Sequence record: OQ223305.1
Direction: 5' to 3' (one strand)
From: Escherichia phage EO1
Length of the DNA: 64,000 nt
Shown here: piece by piece, positions 16,439 to 26,890 of the stretch
How the letters are laid out: every line of letters begins with the position of its first letter
Position numbering within the stretch: position 1 is the stretch's first letter
Made by a program: the position numbers and the translations under genes
The notes under the pieces: model-generated
Told to the model about the DNA's origin: nothing
Databases searched by the model: none
The model's input: the letters and a program-made list of their open reading frames with translations, nothing else

Positions 16439-17435
16439 TTGGCATTTAGGCGTTAAAGCTGATGATGAGTGGATTCGCGGTATTCAAATTGATGGAATTA
16501 AGCAAGCGATAGAATATTCTAAGAAAAATGGAATTACTGTATGGATTCAATATGGTGATATTTTTGATGTGCGAAAAGCAATCACACATAAAACTATGGA
16601 GTTTGCCCGTGAAATAGTTCAAATGCTTGATGACGCTGGAATCACATTACATACTATTGTAGGAAATCACGATCTCCACTACAAAAATGTAATGCATCCA
16701 AATGCCTCTACTGAGCTTTTGGCTAAATATCCTAATGTTAAAGTATATGATAAGCCTACTACAGTAGATTTTGACGGATGTTTGATTGATTTGATTCCTT
16801 GGATGTGCGAAGAAAATACTGGTGAAATTCTTGAGCACATCAAAACTTCATCTGCTTCTTTTTGTGTTGGTCACTGGGAACTGAATGGATTTTATTTTTA
16901 TAAAGGAATGAAATCTCACGGTCTTGAACCTGATTTCCTTAAGACTTATAAAGAAGTGTGGTCTGGTCACTTCCATACTATCTCTGAGGCTGCTAACGTT
17001 AGATATATTGGGACACCATGGACACTAACTGCAGGTGACGAGAATGACCCTCGTGGGTTCTGGATGTTTGATACAGAAACAGAACGAATGGAATTTATTC
17101 CAAACAATACTACCTGGCATCGTAGAATTCATTATCCATTTAAAGGAAAAATTGACTATAAAGATTTTACAAATCTATCAGTACGTGTTATAGTAACTGA
17201 AGTAGACAAAAATCTGACGAAGTTCGAATCTGAACTAGAAAAAGTTGTGCATTCATTACGAGTTGTGTCAAAGATTGATAACTCTGTCGAGTCAGATGAC
17301 AGTGAAGAAGTTGAAGTTCAATCTCTTCAGACATTGATGGAAGAATACATTAATGCAATTCCAGACATCACTGATTCTGACCGTGAAGCACTTATTCAAT
17401 ATGCAAATCAGCTATATGTAGAGGCAACACAATGA
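16416..17435 (+). CDS. 47: recombination endonuclease subunit gp47 (Mre11-like), 339 aa
   Basis: 339 aa; phosphoesterase motifs (GDWHLG, GNHD, GHWE); followed by gp46. Confidence 0.85.
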   Translation: MKILNLGDWHLGVKADDEWIRGIQIDGIKQAIEYSKKNGITVWIQYGDIFDVRKAITHKTMEFAREIVQMLDDAGITLHTIVGNHDLHYKNVMHPNASTELLAKYPNVKVYDKPTTVDFDGCLIDLIPWMCEENTGEILEHIKTSSASFCVGHWELNGFYFYKGMKSHGLEPDFLKTYKEVWSGHFHTISEAANVRYIGTPWTLTAGDENDPRGFWMFDTETERMEFIPNNTTWHRRIHYPFKGKIDYKDFTNLSVRVIVTEVDKNLTKFESELEKVVHSLRVVSKIDNSVESDDSEEVEVQSLQTLMEEYINAIPDITDSDREALIQYANQLYVEATQ

Positions 17436-17695
17436 CTTTTGATGAATTTAAAAATGTTATGATGAGTCAGCATTTTGAATGCGAAGTAAAAGATGATATT
17501 GGACATAAAGAAATTATTGAATATTGGTTTGAACCGCTAGAGGTTGAAGATAATTGTATTAAAAAGGTCACGGTCTGCACTGACTGGGCTGTATCTTTTA
17601 ACTTCAACATTTTAGATAATGACACACCTAAATCATTACGAGATATGGCTGTATCTTGTATTAAGGATGCATACTGTGAAGTTTTCGACATTTGA
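17432..17695 (+). CDS. hypothetical protein (87 aa)
   Basis: ORF translationally coupled to gene 47. Confidence 0.4.
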   Translation: MTFDEFKNVMMSQHFECEVKDDIGHKEIIEYWFEPLEVEDNCIKKVTVCTDWAVSFNFNILDNDTPKSLRDMAVSCIKDAYCEVFDI

Positions 17696-17882
17696 CATTA
17701 ATGATGAATTCATAGCAAACATTGATTATACCGAAGAAGATTCTAGATATGTTGGAATAATTTATATCACATCAAAAACAGCACAAGGTGTTGTTTGCAT
17801 GGCTGAATTTGATGAATACTTTTTAGATTATGATGATATGATAGAATGGTCTAAAAGATACATTAAAAGGAATCTTTTGTGA
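17619..17882 (+). CDS. hypothetical protein (87 aa); start uncertain
   Basis: ORF overlapping the previous one; alternative ATG at 17667. Confidence 0.3.
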   Translation: MTHLNHYEIWLYLVLRMHTVKFSTFDINDEFIANIDYTEEDSRYVGIIYITSKTAQGVVCMAEFDEYFLDYDDMIEWSKRYIKRNLL

Positions 17883-19561
17883 AGAATTTTAAACTTAATA
17901 GAGTAAAATATAAAAATATAATGTCAGTTGGTCAAAATGGGATTGACATTCAATTAGATAAGGTTCAAAAAACTCTTATTACTGGACGAAATGGCGGTGG
18001 TAAGTCTACTATGCTAGAAGCCATCACATTTGGGCTTTTTGGCAAGCCATTTCGTGATGTAAAGAAAGGTCAATTAATAAACAGCACAAATAAGAAAGAA
18101 CTTTTAGTTGAACTGTGGATGGAATATGATGAGAAAAAGTACTATATCAAAAGAGGACAAAAACCGAACGTTTTCGAAATCACCGTTAACGGTACACGTC
18201 TTAATGAATCTGCCAGCAGTAAAGATTTCCAAGCAGAATTTGAACAGCTTATCGGAATGTCATATGCCAGTTTCAAGCAGATTGTTGTCCTTGGTACAGC
18301 AGGGTATACCCCTTTCATGGGTTTGTCGACCCCTGCGCGAAGAAAGCTTGTGGAAGACCTGCTCGAGGTAGGAACATTAGCTGAAATGGATAAGCTTAAT
18401 AAAGCACTAATACGTGAATTAAATTCACAAAACCAAGTGCTTGATGTTAAAAAAGATAGTATTATCCAACAAATTAAAATATATAATGATAACGTTGAAC
18501 GCCAGAAAAAATTAACGGGTGACAACCTTACTCGTCTTCAAAATATGTATGATGATTTGGCAAAAGAAGCTAGAACGCTAAAATCGGAAATAGAAGAAGC
18601 TAATGAAAGATTAGTTAATATTGTTTTAGACGAAGACCCGACTGATGCATTTAATAAAATCGGCCAAGAAGCAGTTTTAATTAAATCAAAAATTGACTCG
18701 TATAATAAAGTCATTAATATGTATCACGAAGGTGGATTATGTCCAACCTGTTTGTCACAATTAAGTTCTGGTGATAAAGTTGTTTCTAAAATTAAAGATA
18801 AAGTTTCTGAATGCACGCATTCGTTTGAACAGCTTTCAACACATCGTGATAATTTAAAAGTTCTTGTTGATGAATACCGAGATAATATTAAAACCCAGCA
18901 GTCGCTGGCAAATGATATTCGCAATAAAAAGCAATCTCTAATCACGACGGTAGATAAAGCTAAAAAGGTTAAAGCGGCTATAGAAAAAGCATCTTCTGAG
19001 TTTATTGACCATGCTGATGAAATAGCATTGCTTCAAGAAGAACTTGATAAAATTGTTAAGACAAAAACTAATTTAGTAATGGAAAAATACCACCGAGGAA
19101 TTTTGACTGATATGCTCAAAGATTCTGGTATTAAAGGTGCTATTATTAAAAAGTACATTCCATTATTTAATAAGCAGATTAACCATTATCTTAAAATAAT
19201 GGAAGCGGATTATGTGTTTACATTAGATGAAGAATTTAATGAGACAATTAAATCCCGTGGTCGTGAAGATTTTAGTTATGCTTCATTTAGTGAAGGTGAA
19301 AAAGCAAGAATTGATATTGCTCTTTTATTTACTTGGCGTGATATTGCTTCTATTGTATCTGGTGTTAGTATTAGTACATTAATACTCGATGAAGTGTTTG
19401 ATGGGTCATTTGATGCCGAAGGTATTAAAGGTGTAGCTAATATTATAAATTCAATGAAAAACACTAATGTTTTTATAATTTCGCATAAAGACCATGACCC
19501 GCAAGAATACGGTCAGCATCTTCAAATGAAGAAAGTTGGTCGATTTACTGTAATGGTTTAA
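17879..19561 (+). CDS. 46: recombination endonuclease subunit gp46 (Rad50/SbcC-like ATPase), 560 aa
   Basis: 560 aa; Walker A GRNGGGKST, central coiled coil with CPTC zinc hook, C-terminal signature/Walker B; GTG start as in T4. Confidence 0.85.
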   Translation: MKNFKLNRVKYKNIMSVGQNGIDIQLDKVQKTLITGRNGGGKSTMLEAITFGLFGKPFRDVKKGQLINSTNKKELLVELWMEYDEKKYYIKRGQKPNVFEITVNGTRLNESASSKDFQAEFEQLIGMSYASFKQIVVLGTAGYTPFMGLSTPARRKLVEDLLEVGTLAEMDKLNKALIRELNSQNQVLDVKKDSIIQQIKIYNDNVERQKKLTGDNLTRLQNMYDDLAKEARTLKSEIEEANERLVNIVLDEDPTDAFNKIGQEAVLIKSKIDSYNKVINMYHEGGLCPTCLSQLSSGDKVVSKIKDKVSECTHSFEQLSTHRDNLKVLVDEYRDNIKTQQSLANDIRNKKQSLITTVDKAKKVKAAIEKASSEFIDHADEIALLQEELDKIVKTKTNLVMEKYHRGILTDMLKDSGIKGAIIKKYIPLFNKQINHYLKIMEADYVFTLDEEFNETIKSRGREDFSYASFSEGEKARIDIALLFTWRDIASIVSGVSISTLILDEVFDGSFDAEGIKGVANIINSMKNTNVFIISHKDHDPQEYGQHLQMKKVGRFTVMV

Positions 19562-19616
19562 TTTATAAGAGATTATGCTTTAATTTATTAGAGTATAATC
19601 TCTATGGAGGAAAAAC

Positions 19617-19805
19617 ATGGAATATTCAACTGGACAGCATCTATTAACTTTTCCTGAAATAAAACGATATATTCTGAGAAATAATTTTTCTAATGAAGAG
19701 CATATAGTTACTGAATCTATGCTTAGGAATGCATTTAAAGCAGAATATACAAAAATAATGTCCAATAGAAATGAAGCTTGGACTGTTACTGATTATTATG
19801 ACTAA
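19617..19805 (+). CDS. hypothetical protein (62 aa)
   Basis: ATG 19617 after GGAGG. Confidence 0.4.
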   Translation: MEYSTGQHLLTFPEIKRYILRNNFSNEEHIVTESMLRNAFKAEYTKIMSNRNEAWTVTDYYD

Positions 19806-19814
19806 AGGTGTATT

Positions 19815-20204
19815 ATGACTAAAATTACTGTGAATTATAACGTTGATGTAAAAGATATTCAGCCAAAACACGTGCGTTCTGAATCAAATCCACAAAACCA
19901 AAATAAAATTCGTCGAGCATGGGTTTTGTCTCTTTCTGATAACGCAATGGAAGTTATTCAAAACAAAATTAAATCTGCACCTGCTCGTCATGCGTATTAT
20001 GAAGCTATCGATCGTGAAGTAAGTAATAAATGGATTGAACTAATGCGCAAACATACTACAGAATCCCTAAACGCCGGTGCTAAATTTATTATGACTTCAT
20101 GTGGTGAACGCCTTGAAGATGATTATTGCGGTAATGCAGATGAACGTCTAATTGTTGCTGCTCAAATTGTTGCGGAAACAATTGCGGCTGATTTTAATCG
20201 TTAA
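19815..20204 (+). CDS. rpbA: RNA polymerase binding protein RpbA (129 aa)
   Basis: 129 aa, located between 46 and 45 as in T4. Confidence 0.65.
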   Translation: MTKITVNYNVDVKDIQPKHVRSESNPQNQNKIRRAWVLSLSDNAMEVIQNKIKSAPARHAYYEAIDREVSNKWIELMRKHTTESLNAGAKFIMTSCGERLEDDYCGNADERLIVAAQIVAETIAADFNR

Positions 20205-20205
20205 T

Positions 20206-20228
20206 TGCTTTATTAAATTAGTTATAAA
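20206..20228 (+). promoter_or_regulatory. middle (MotA-dependent) promoter candidate for gene 45
   Basis: TGCTTTA at 20206-20212 and TATAAA at 20223-20228 upstream of gene 45. Confidence 0.45.
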
Positions 20229-20259
20229 ATTAAATCTCATTTGAATTGAAGGAAATTAC

Positions 20260-20946
20260 ATGAAACTGTCTAAAGATACTACTGCTCTGCTTAAAAATTT
20301 CGCTACTATTAACTCCGGTATTATGCTTAAATCCGGTCAATTTATTATGACTCGCGCAGTTAATGGTACAACTTACGCAGAAGCAAATATTTCTGACACT
20401 ATTGATTTTGATGTAGCAATTTACGATTTGAACGGTTTTCTCGGTATTCTGTCCCTAGTTAATGACGATGCAGAAATTTCCCAGTCAGAAGATGGAAATA
20501 TTAAAATTGCTGATGCCCGTTCAACAATTTTTTGGCCAGCAGCCGATCCGAGTACAGTAGTTGCTCCTAATAAACCAATTCCATTCCCGGTAGCATCTGT
20601 TGTTACTGAAATTAAAGCTGAAGACCTTCAACAACTGTTGCGTGTATCTCGTGGTCTGCAGATTGATACAATTGCTATCACGGTAAAAGAAGGTAAAATC
20701 GTAATTAACGGTTTTAATAAAGTGGAAGATTCTGCTTTGACCCGTGTTAAATATTCTTTGACTCTTGGTGATTATGATGGTGAAAATACATTTAATTTCA
20801 TTATCAATATGGCAAATATGAAAATGCAACCAGGAAATTATAAACTTCTGCTCTGGGCAAAAGGTAAACAAGGTGCTGCTAAATTTGAAGGTGAACATGC
20901 GAATTATGTAGTAGCTCTTGAAGCTGATTCTACCCACGATTTTTAA
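20260..20946 (+). CDS. 45: sliding clamp gp45 (228 aa)
   Basis: 228 aa; MKLSKDTTALLKNFATINSGIMLKSGQFIMTRAVNGTTYAE matches T4 gp45 as recalled. Confidence 0.9.
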   Translation: MKLSKDTTALLKNFATINSGIMLKSGQFIMTRAVNGTTYAEANISDTIDFDVAIYDLNGFLGILSLVNDDAEISQSEDGNIKIADARSTIFWPAADPSTVVAPNKPIPFPVASVVTEIKAEDLQQLLRVSRGLQIDTIAITVKEGKIVINGFNKVEDSALTRVKYSLTLGDYDGENTFNFIINMANMKMQPGNYKLLLWAKGKQGAAKFEGEHANYVVALEADSTHDF

Positions 20947-20950
20947 TAGA

Positions 20951-20965
20951 GGGCTTCGGCCCTTT
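20951..20965 (+). terminator. rho-independent terminator after gene 45
   Basis: GGGCTTCGGCCC 20951-20962 followed by TTT. Confidence 0.7.
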
Positions 20966-20997
20966 ATAATTTACACTAAAACTTGAATGAGGAAATT

Positions 20998-21957
20998 ATG
21001 ATTACCGTAAATGAAAAAGAACACATTCTTGAACAGAAATATCGTCCATCTACTATCGATGAATGTATTCTTCCCGCCTTTGATAAAGAAACCTTTAAAT
21101 CTATTACAAGTAAAGGTAAGATTCCACATATTATTCTTCATTCTCCTTCTCCAGGAACAGGTAAAACAACTGTAGCGAAAGCATTGTGTCATGATGTAAA
21201 TGCTGATATGATGTTTGTAAATGGATCAGACTGTAAAATTGATTTCGTTCGTGGTCCTTTGACTAATTTTGCTAGCGCCGCTTCATTTGATGGGCGTCAA
21301 AAAGTAATCGTTATTGATGAATTTGACCGTTCAGGTTTAGCAGAATCTCAGCGACATCTTCGTTCCTTTATGGAAGCTTATAGTTCAAACTGTAGTATTA
21401 TTATTACTGCTAACAATATTGATGGTATTATTAAACCTCTCCAGTCACGCTGCCGAGTTATTACATTCGGTCAACCGACCGATGAAGATAAAATTGAAAT
21501 GATGAAGCAGATGATTCGTCGATTGACTGAAATCTGCAAGCATGAAGGAATTGCTATAGCTGATATGAAAGTTGTAGCAGCTTTGGTTAAAAAGAATTTT
21601 CCTGATTTTCGTAAAACTATTGGCGAGCTCGATAGTTATTCATCTAAAGGTGTTTTGGATGCTGGTATTTTATCACTGGTTACTAACGATCGTGGTGCTA
21701 TTGATGATGTTCTTGAGTCTCTCAAAAATAAAGATGTTAAACAACTCAGAGCTTTAGCACCAAAATATGCGGCTGATTATTCGTGGTTCGTTGGTAAACT
21801 TGCCGAAGAAATCTATTCGCGTGTAACTCCACAAAGTATTATTCGTATGTACGAAATTGTCGGCGAAAATAATCAGTATCATGGTATTGCAGCTAATACT
21901 GAATTGCATCTAGCTTATCTTTTCATTCAGTTAGCATGTGAAATGCAGTGGAAGTGA
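20998..21957 (+). CDS. 44: clamp loader large subunit gp44 (319 aa)
   Basis: ATG 20998 (six-frame start at 20983 is TTG); Walker [11 protein letters not shown]; 319 aa as in T4. Confidence 0.9.
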
Positions 21958-21958
21958 T

Positions 21959-22522
21959 ATGAGCTTATTTGAAGATGATATTCAATTAAACGAGCATCAA
22001 GTTGCTTGGTATTCAAAAGATTGGACAGCTGTCCAATCCGCTGCTGATTCTTTTAAAGAAAAAGCTGAAAATGAATTTTTTGAAATAATTGGAGCTATTA
22101 ATAATAAAACTAAATGCTCTATTGCTCAAAAAGATTATTCAAAATTCATGGTCGAAAATGCATTATCACAATTTCCGGAGTGCATGCCAGCTGTATATGC
22201 TATGAATTTAATTGGATCAGGTTTAAGTGATGAAGCCCATTTTAATTATCTGATGGCTGCAGTTCCTCGTGGTAAAAGATATGGTAAATGGGCAAAACTG
22301 GTCGAAGATTCCACCGAAGTATTGATTATTAAGTTACTTGCTAAGCGGTATCAAGTTAATACAAATGATGCAATTAACTATAAATCAATTCTTACTAAAA
22401 ATGGAAAACTTCCTTTAGTATTAAAAGAACTAAAAGGTTTAGTCACGGATGATTTTTTGAAAGAAGTGACTAAGAACGTAAAAGAACAGAAACAACTCAA
22501 AAAACTAGCATTGGAATGGTAA
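21959..22522 (+). CDS. 62: clamp loader small subunit gp62 (187 aa)
   Basis: ATG 21959 overlaps the gp44 stop; 187 aa as in T4. Confidence 0.8.
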   Translation: MSLFEDDIQLNEHQVAWYSKDWTAVQSAADSFKEKAENEFFEIIGAINNKTKCSIAQKDYSKFMVENALSQFPECMPAVYAMNLIGSGLSDEAHFNYLMAAVPRGKRYGKWAKLVEDSTEVLIIKLLAKRYQVNTNDAINYKSILTKNGKLPLVLKELKGLVTDDFLKEVTKNVKEQKQLKKLALEW

Positions 22523-22523
22523 A

Positions 22524-22892
22524 ATGATTGAAATTACTCTTAAAAAACCTGAAGATTTTCTGAAAGTAAAAGAAACTTTGACTCGTATGGGAATTGCTAA
22601 TAATAAAGATAAAGTTCTGTATCAGTCCTGTCATATTCTTCAGAAAAAAGGACTATACTATATCGTTCATTTTAAAGAAATGCTTCGTATGGATGGTCGC
22701 CAGGTTGAAATGACAGAAGAAGATGAAGTTCGTCGTGATTCAATTGCATGGCTGTTAGAAGATTGGGAACTGATTGAAATCGTTCCTGGTCAAAGAACTT
22801 TTATGAAAGATTTAACTAATAACTTCCGCGTTATTTCTTTTAAACAAAAACATGAATGGAAACTCGTTCCTAAATATACGATTGGTAATTAA
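22524..22892 (+). CDS. regA: translational repressor RegA (122 aa)
   Basis: 122 aa; MIEITLKKPEDFLKVKETLTRMGIANNKDKVLYQSCHILQKKGLYYIVHFKEMLRMDGRQ matches T4 RegA as recalled. Confidence 0.85.
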   Translation: MIEITLKKPEDFLKVKETLTRMGIANNKDKVLYQSCHILQKKGLYYIVHFKEMLRMDGRQVEMTEEDEVRRDSIAWLLEDWELIEIVPGQRTFMKDLTNNFRVISFKQKHEWKLVPKYTIGN

Positions 22893-22896
22893 GCAA

Positions 22897-22916
22897 GGGG
22901 CTTCGGCCCCTTATTT
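22897..22916 (+). terminator. rho-independent terminator after regA
   Basis: GGGGCTTCGGCCCC 22897-22910 followed by TTATTT. Confidence 0.7.
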
Positions 22917-22970
22917 GGAGTATAATATATCAAGAGCCTAATAACTCGGGCTATAAACTAAGGAATATCT

Positions 22971-25667
22971 ATGAAAGAATTTTATATCTCTATTGAAACA
23001 GTCGGAAATAACATTGTTGAACGTTATATTGATGAAAACGGAAAGGAACGTACTCGTGAAGTAGAATATCTTCCAACTATGTTTAGGCATTGTAAGGAAG
23101 AGTCAAAATACAAAGACATCTATGGTAAAAATTGTGCTCCTCAAAAATTTCCATCAATGAAAGATGCTCGAGATTGGATGAAACGAATGGAAGACATCGG
23201 TCTCGAAGCTCTCGGTATGAACGATTTTAAACTCGCTTATATCAGTGATACATATGGTTCAGAAATTGTTTATGACCGAAAATTTGTTCGTGTAGCTAAC
23301 TGTGACATTGAGGTTACTGGTGATAAATTTCCTGACCCAATGAAAGCTGAATATGAAATTGATGCTATCACTCATTACGATTCAATTGACGATCGTTTTT
23401 ATGTTTTCGACCTTTTGAATTCAATGTATGGTTCAGTATCAAAATGGGATGCAAAGTTAGCTGCTAAGCTTGACTGTGAAGGTGGTGATGAAGTTCCTCA
23501 AGAAATTCTTGACCGAGTAATTTATATGCCATTCGATAATGAGCGTGATATGCTCATGGAATATATTAATCTTTGGGAACAGAAACGACCTGCTATTTTT
23601 ACCGGTTGGAATATTGAGGGATTTGACGTTCCGTATATCATGAATCGCGTTAAAATGGTTCTCGGTGAACGTAGTATGAAACGCTTCTCTCCAATCGGTC
23701 GAGTAAAATCTAAATTAATTCAAAATATGTACGGTAGCAAAGAAATTTATTCTATTGATGGCGTATCTATTCTTGATTATTTAGATTTGTACAAGAAATT
23801 CGCTTTTACTAATTTGCCGTCATTCTCTTTGGAATCAGTTGCTCAACATGAAACCAAAAAAGGTAAATTACCATACGACGGTCCTATTAATAAACTTCGT
23901 GAGACTAATCATCAACGATACATTAGTTATAACATCATTGACGTAGAATCAGTTCAAGCAATTGATAAAATTCGCGGGTTTATCGATCTAGTTTTAAGTA
24001 TGTCTTATTACGCTAAAATGCCTTTTTCCGGTGTAATGAGTCCTATTAAAACTTGGGATGCTATTATTTTTAACTCATTGAAAGGTGAACATAAGGTTAT
24101 TCCTCAACAAGGTTCGCACGTTAAACAGAGTTTTCCGGGTGCATTTGTATTTGAACCTAAACCAATTGCTCGTCGATATATTATGAGTTTTGACTTGACG
24201 TCTCTGTATCCGAGCATTATTCGTCAGGTTAACATTAGTCCTGAAACTATTCGTGGTCAGTTTAAAGTTCATCCAATTCATGAATATATCGCAGGAACAG
24301 CTCCTAAACCGAGTGATGAATATTCTTGTTCTCCGAATGGATGGATGTATGATAAGCATCAAGAAGGTATCATTCCAAAGGAAATCGCTAAAGTATTTTT
24401 CCAGCGTAAAGACTGGAAAAAGAAAATGTTCGCTGAAGAAATGAATGCCGAAGCTATTAAAAAGATTATTATGAAAGGCGCAGGGTCTTGTTCAACTAAA
24501 CCTGAAGTTGAACGATATGTTAAGTTCAGTGATGATTTCTTAAATGAACTATCGAATTATACTGAATCTGTTCTCAATAGTTTGATTGAAGAATGTGAAA
24601 AAGCAGCTACACTTGCTAATACAAATCAGCTGAACCGTAAAATTCTTATTAACAGTCTTTATGGTGCTCTTGGTAATATTCATTTCCGTTACTATGATTT
24701 GCGAAATGCTACTGCTATCACAATTTTCGGCCAAGTTGGTATTCAGTGGATTGCTCGTAAAATTAATGAATACCTGAATAAGGTGTGTGGAACTAATGGC
24801 GAAGATTTCATCGCAGCAGGTGATACTGATTCGGTATATGTTTGTGTAGATAAAGTTATTGAAAAAGTAGGTCTTGACCGCTTTAAAGAACAAAATGATT
24901 TAGTTGAATTCATGAATCAGTTCGGTAAGAAAAAGATGGAACCTATGATTGATGTTGCATATCGTGAGTTATGTGATTATATGAATAACCGCGAGCATCT
25001 GATGCATATGGACCGTGAAGCTATTTCTTGTCCTCCGCTCGGTTCAAAGGGTGTTGGTGGATTTTGGAAAGCGAAAAAACGTTATGCTCTGAACGTTTAT
25101 GATATGGAAGATAAGCGATTTGCTGAACCGCATCTAAAAATCATGGGTATGGAAACTCAGCAAAGTTCAACACCAAAAGCAGTACAAGAAGCTCTTGAAG
25201 AAAGTATTCGTCGTATTCTTCAGGAAGGTGAAGAGTCTGTCCAAGAATATTACAAGAACTTCGAGAAAGAATATCGTCAACTTGACTATAAAGTTATTGC
25301 TGAAGTAAAAACTGCGAACGATATAGCGAAATATGATGATAAAGGTTGGCCAGGGTTTAAATGCCCGTTCCATATTCGCGGTGTGCTAACTTATCGTCGA
25401 GCTGTTAGCGGTCTGGGTGTAGCTCCAATTTTGGATGGAAATAAAGTAATGGTTCTTCCATTACGTGAAGGAAATCCATTTGGCGACAAGTGCATTGCTT
25501 GGCCGTCGGGTACGGAACTTCCAAAAGAAATTCGTTCTGATGTACTGTCTTGGATTGACTACTCAACTTTGTTCCAAAAATCGTTTGTTAAACCGCTTGC
25601 GGGCATGTGTGAATCGGCTGGTATGGACTATGAAGAAAAAGCTTCGTTAGACTTCCTGTTTGGCTGA
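22971..25667 (+). CDS. 43: DNA polymerase gp43 (family B), 898 aa
   Basis: 898 aa; exonuclease and polymerase motifs (DIE, YGDTDS); uninterrupted. Confidence 0.95.
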   Translation: MKEFYISIETVGNNIVERYIDENGKERTREVEYLPTMFRHCKEESKYKDIYGKNCAPQKFPSMKDARDWMKRMEDIGLEALGMNDFKLAYISDTYGSEIVYDRKFVRVANCDIEVTGDKFPDPMKAEYEIDAITHYDSIDDRFYVFDLLNSMYGSVSKWDAKLAAKLDCEGGDEVPQEILDRVIYMPFDNERDMLMEYINLWEQKRPAIFTGWNIEGFDVPYIMNRVKMVLGERSMKRFSPIGRVKSKLIQNMYGSKEIYSIDGVSILDYLDLYKKFAFTNLPSFSLESVAQHETKKGKLPYDGPINKLRETNHQRYISYNIIDVESVQAIDKIRGFIDLVLSMSYYAKMPFSGVMSPIKTWDAIIFNSLKGEHKVIPQQGSHVKQSFPGAFVFEPKPIARRYIMSFDLTSLYPSIIRQVNISPETIRGQFKVHPIHEYIAGTAPKPSDEYSCSPNGWMYDKHQEGIIPKEIAKVFFQRKDWKKKMFAEEMNAEAIKKIIMKGAGSCSTKPEVERYVKFSDDFLNELSNYTESVLNSLIEECEKAATLANTNQLNRKILINSLYGALGNIHFRYYDLRNATAITIFGQVGIQWIARKINEYLNKVCGTNGEDFIAAGDTDSVYVCVDKVIEKVGLDRFKEQNDLVEFMNQFGKKKMEPMIDVAYRELCDYMNNREHLMHMDREAISCPPLGSKGVGGFWKAKKRYALNVYDMEDKRFAEPHLKIMGMETQQSSTPKAVQEALEESIRRILQEGEESVQEYYKNFEKEYRQLDYKVIAEVKTANDIAKYDDKGWPGFKCPFHIRGVLTYRRAVSGLGVAPILDGNKVMVLPLREGNPFGDKCIAWPSGTELPKEIRSDVLSWIDYSTLFQKSFVKPLAGMCESAGMDYEEKASLDFLFG

Positions 25668-25680
25668 TAGAATAAATCTA

Positions 25681-25701
25681 GGGACCTCCAGGTCCCTTTT
25701 T
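25681..25701 (+). terminator. rho-independent terminator after gene 43
   Basis: GGGACCTCCAGGTCCC 25681-25696 followed by TTTTT. Confidence 0.8.
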
Positions 25702-25783
25702 CATACAAGTAATATAAATCTATACTTATGAAAAACAGATGATTCTGGACATTTAGAATTCCCTAAAAAATTTTCACAAAACT

Positions 25784-25815
25784 GTTTACAAGAATGTTCT
25801 TCCATGGTACTATAC
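25784..25815 (+). promoter_or_regulatory. early promoter cassette with conserved 32-bp core
   Basis: GTTTAC 25784-25789; core GGTACTATACAACTATCAACTACTGATACGGA at 25806-25837. Confidence 0.65.
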
Positions 25816-25850
25816 AACTATCAACTACTGATACGGATTTGGATAATAAA

Positions 25851-26087
25851 ATGAAAATTGTTATGGGTTGCTTAGCAGTTTGTTTAGTTGCATTAGCAGC
25901 AGTTCCATTTGTTAGTGTTGAAAATGATACTCAACCTGTGATTGAATCTAGCACTGTTATTCACACTAATGGTAAAATATCAGTTAAAATTGATGATAAT
26001 CTTCATGTGAATACAAATGGATCTTTAGGTGTGCAAATGGGTAATACCTGCATAAGCACTACTGGAGTAATTACTACTTGCATTTGA
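25851..26087 (+). CDS. hypothetical secreted small protein (78 aa)
   Basis: ATG 25851 after promoter core and GGAT; N-terminal signal-like segment MKIVMGCLAVCLVALAAVPFVSV. Confidence 0.45.
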   Translation: MKIVMGCLAVCLVALAAVPFVSVENDTQPVIESSTVIHTNGKISVKIDDNLHVNTNGSLGVQMGNTCISTTGVITTCI

Positions 26088-26097
26088 GGAAATTATT

Positions 26098-26478
26098 ATG
26101 AAAATCGCTATTTTGGTTATTGCATTAGGTCTTACTGGTTGTGTGGCTCAAGGACCGGTAGTAAATCAGTCTGATGCAGGAAAAATTGTAAACTGTTCAA
26201 GCAAGTTTTATAATCCTAATGTCAAGTGTTATAAAGAAGCTCCAAAGCAAACAGTCGAACAAATGCAGGCGAATTTTGACGAAGCTATTCGTCCAGATGA
26301 ATCTGCTCAAGCATATCGTAATTCGGATGTAATTACACGCGAAGAAAAAATTGAAAACTACTGCGCCGAGCTTTGGGCAAATTGGGCTAATAATTACCAA
26401 TGGCGTACCGGTAAAAATGCTCCGATGGAGTATGTAGTGAATTCTTATAATTCATGCGTAAAAAATTTGACTAAGTGA
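26098..26478 (+). CDS. hypothetical lipoprotein (126 aa)
   Basis: Signal peptide with lipobox-like LTGC (MKIAILVIALGLTGCVAQG); adjacent to imm. Confidence 0.5.
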   Translation: MKIAILVIALGLTGCVAQGPVVNQSDAGKIVNCSSKFYNPNVKCYKEAPKQTVEQMQANFDEAIRPDESAQAYRNSDVITREEKIENYCAELWANWANNYQWRTGKNAPMEYVVNSYNSCVKNLTK

Positions 26479-26485
26479 GGAAAAC

Positions 26486-26737
26486 ATGGAAACTTTAGTA
26501 GCAGGTTCAATTTTTATGGTTTTAGTTTCAGGTGTGTTGGCTATTATTATATACATGCTTCCATGGTTTATCGCCTTGATGCGTGGGTCAAAATCGACAG
26601 TAGGAATCTTTTTCACATCTTTACTGTTTAACTGGTCAATTATTGGTTGGTTTATTACATTTATTTGGTCAATTGCGGGTGAAACTAAAAAGTCTGCACA
26701 ACCAAATCAGGTAATTATCATCAGAGAGAAGGAATGA
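26486..26737 (+). CDS. imm: superinfection immunity protein Imm (83 aa membrane protein)
   Basis: 83 aa, two hydrophobic helices, located between 43 and 42 as in T4. Confidence 0.7.
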   Translation: METLVAGSIFMVLVSGVLAIIIYMLPWFIALMRGSKSTVGIFFTSLLFNWSIIGWFITFIWSIAGETKKSAQPNQVIIIREKE

Positions 26738-26883
26738 AAAGCAAAATTATAGCAGTGTTGCTTTTAATCTTGATGATTATAATAAGTATATACTATAGTG
26801 TAACGGTTCCTCTTATGATTCCAACTATTATTTTAGGTTGGGGTTTATTACTGTTACAAGTTAAATATGAATGTATCAATTGA
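26734..26883 (+). CDS. hypothetical small membrane protein (49 aa)
   Basis: ATG overlaps the imm stop (ATGA); hydrophobic. Confidence 0.35.
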   Translation: MKSKIIAVLLLILMIIISIYYSVTVPLMIPTIILGWGLLLLQVKYECIN

Positions 26884-26890
26884 GGTTTAA

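Noticed and set aside
20521-20937. 138-aa minus-strand ORF inside gene 45, and similar antisense ORFs inside 43, 46, nrdD, 41, 37 and others
   Set aside because: Nested in well-supported conserved genes on the opposite strand; expected by chance in AT-rich sequence.
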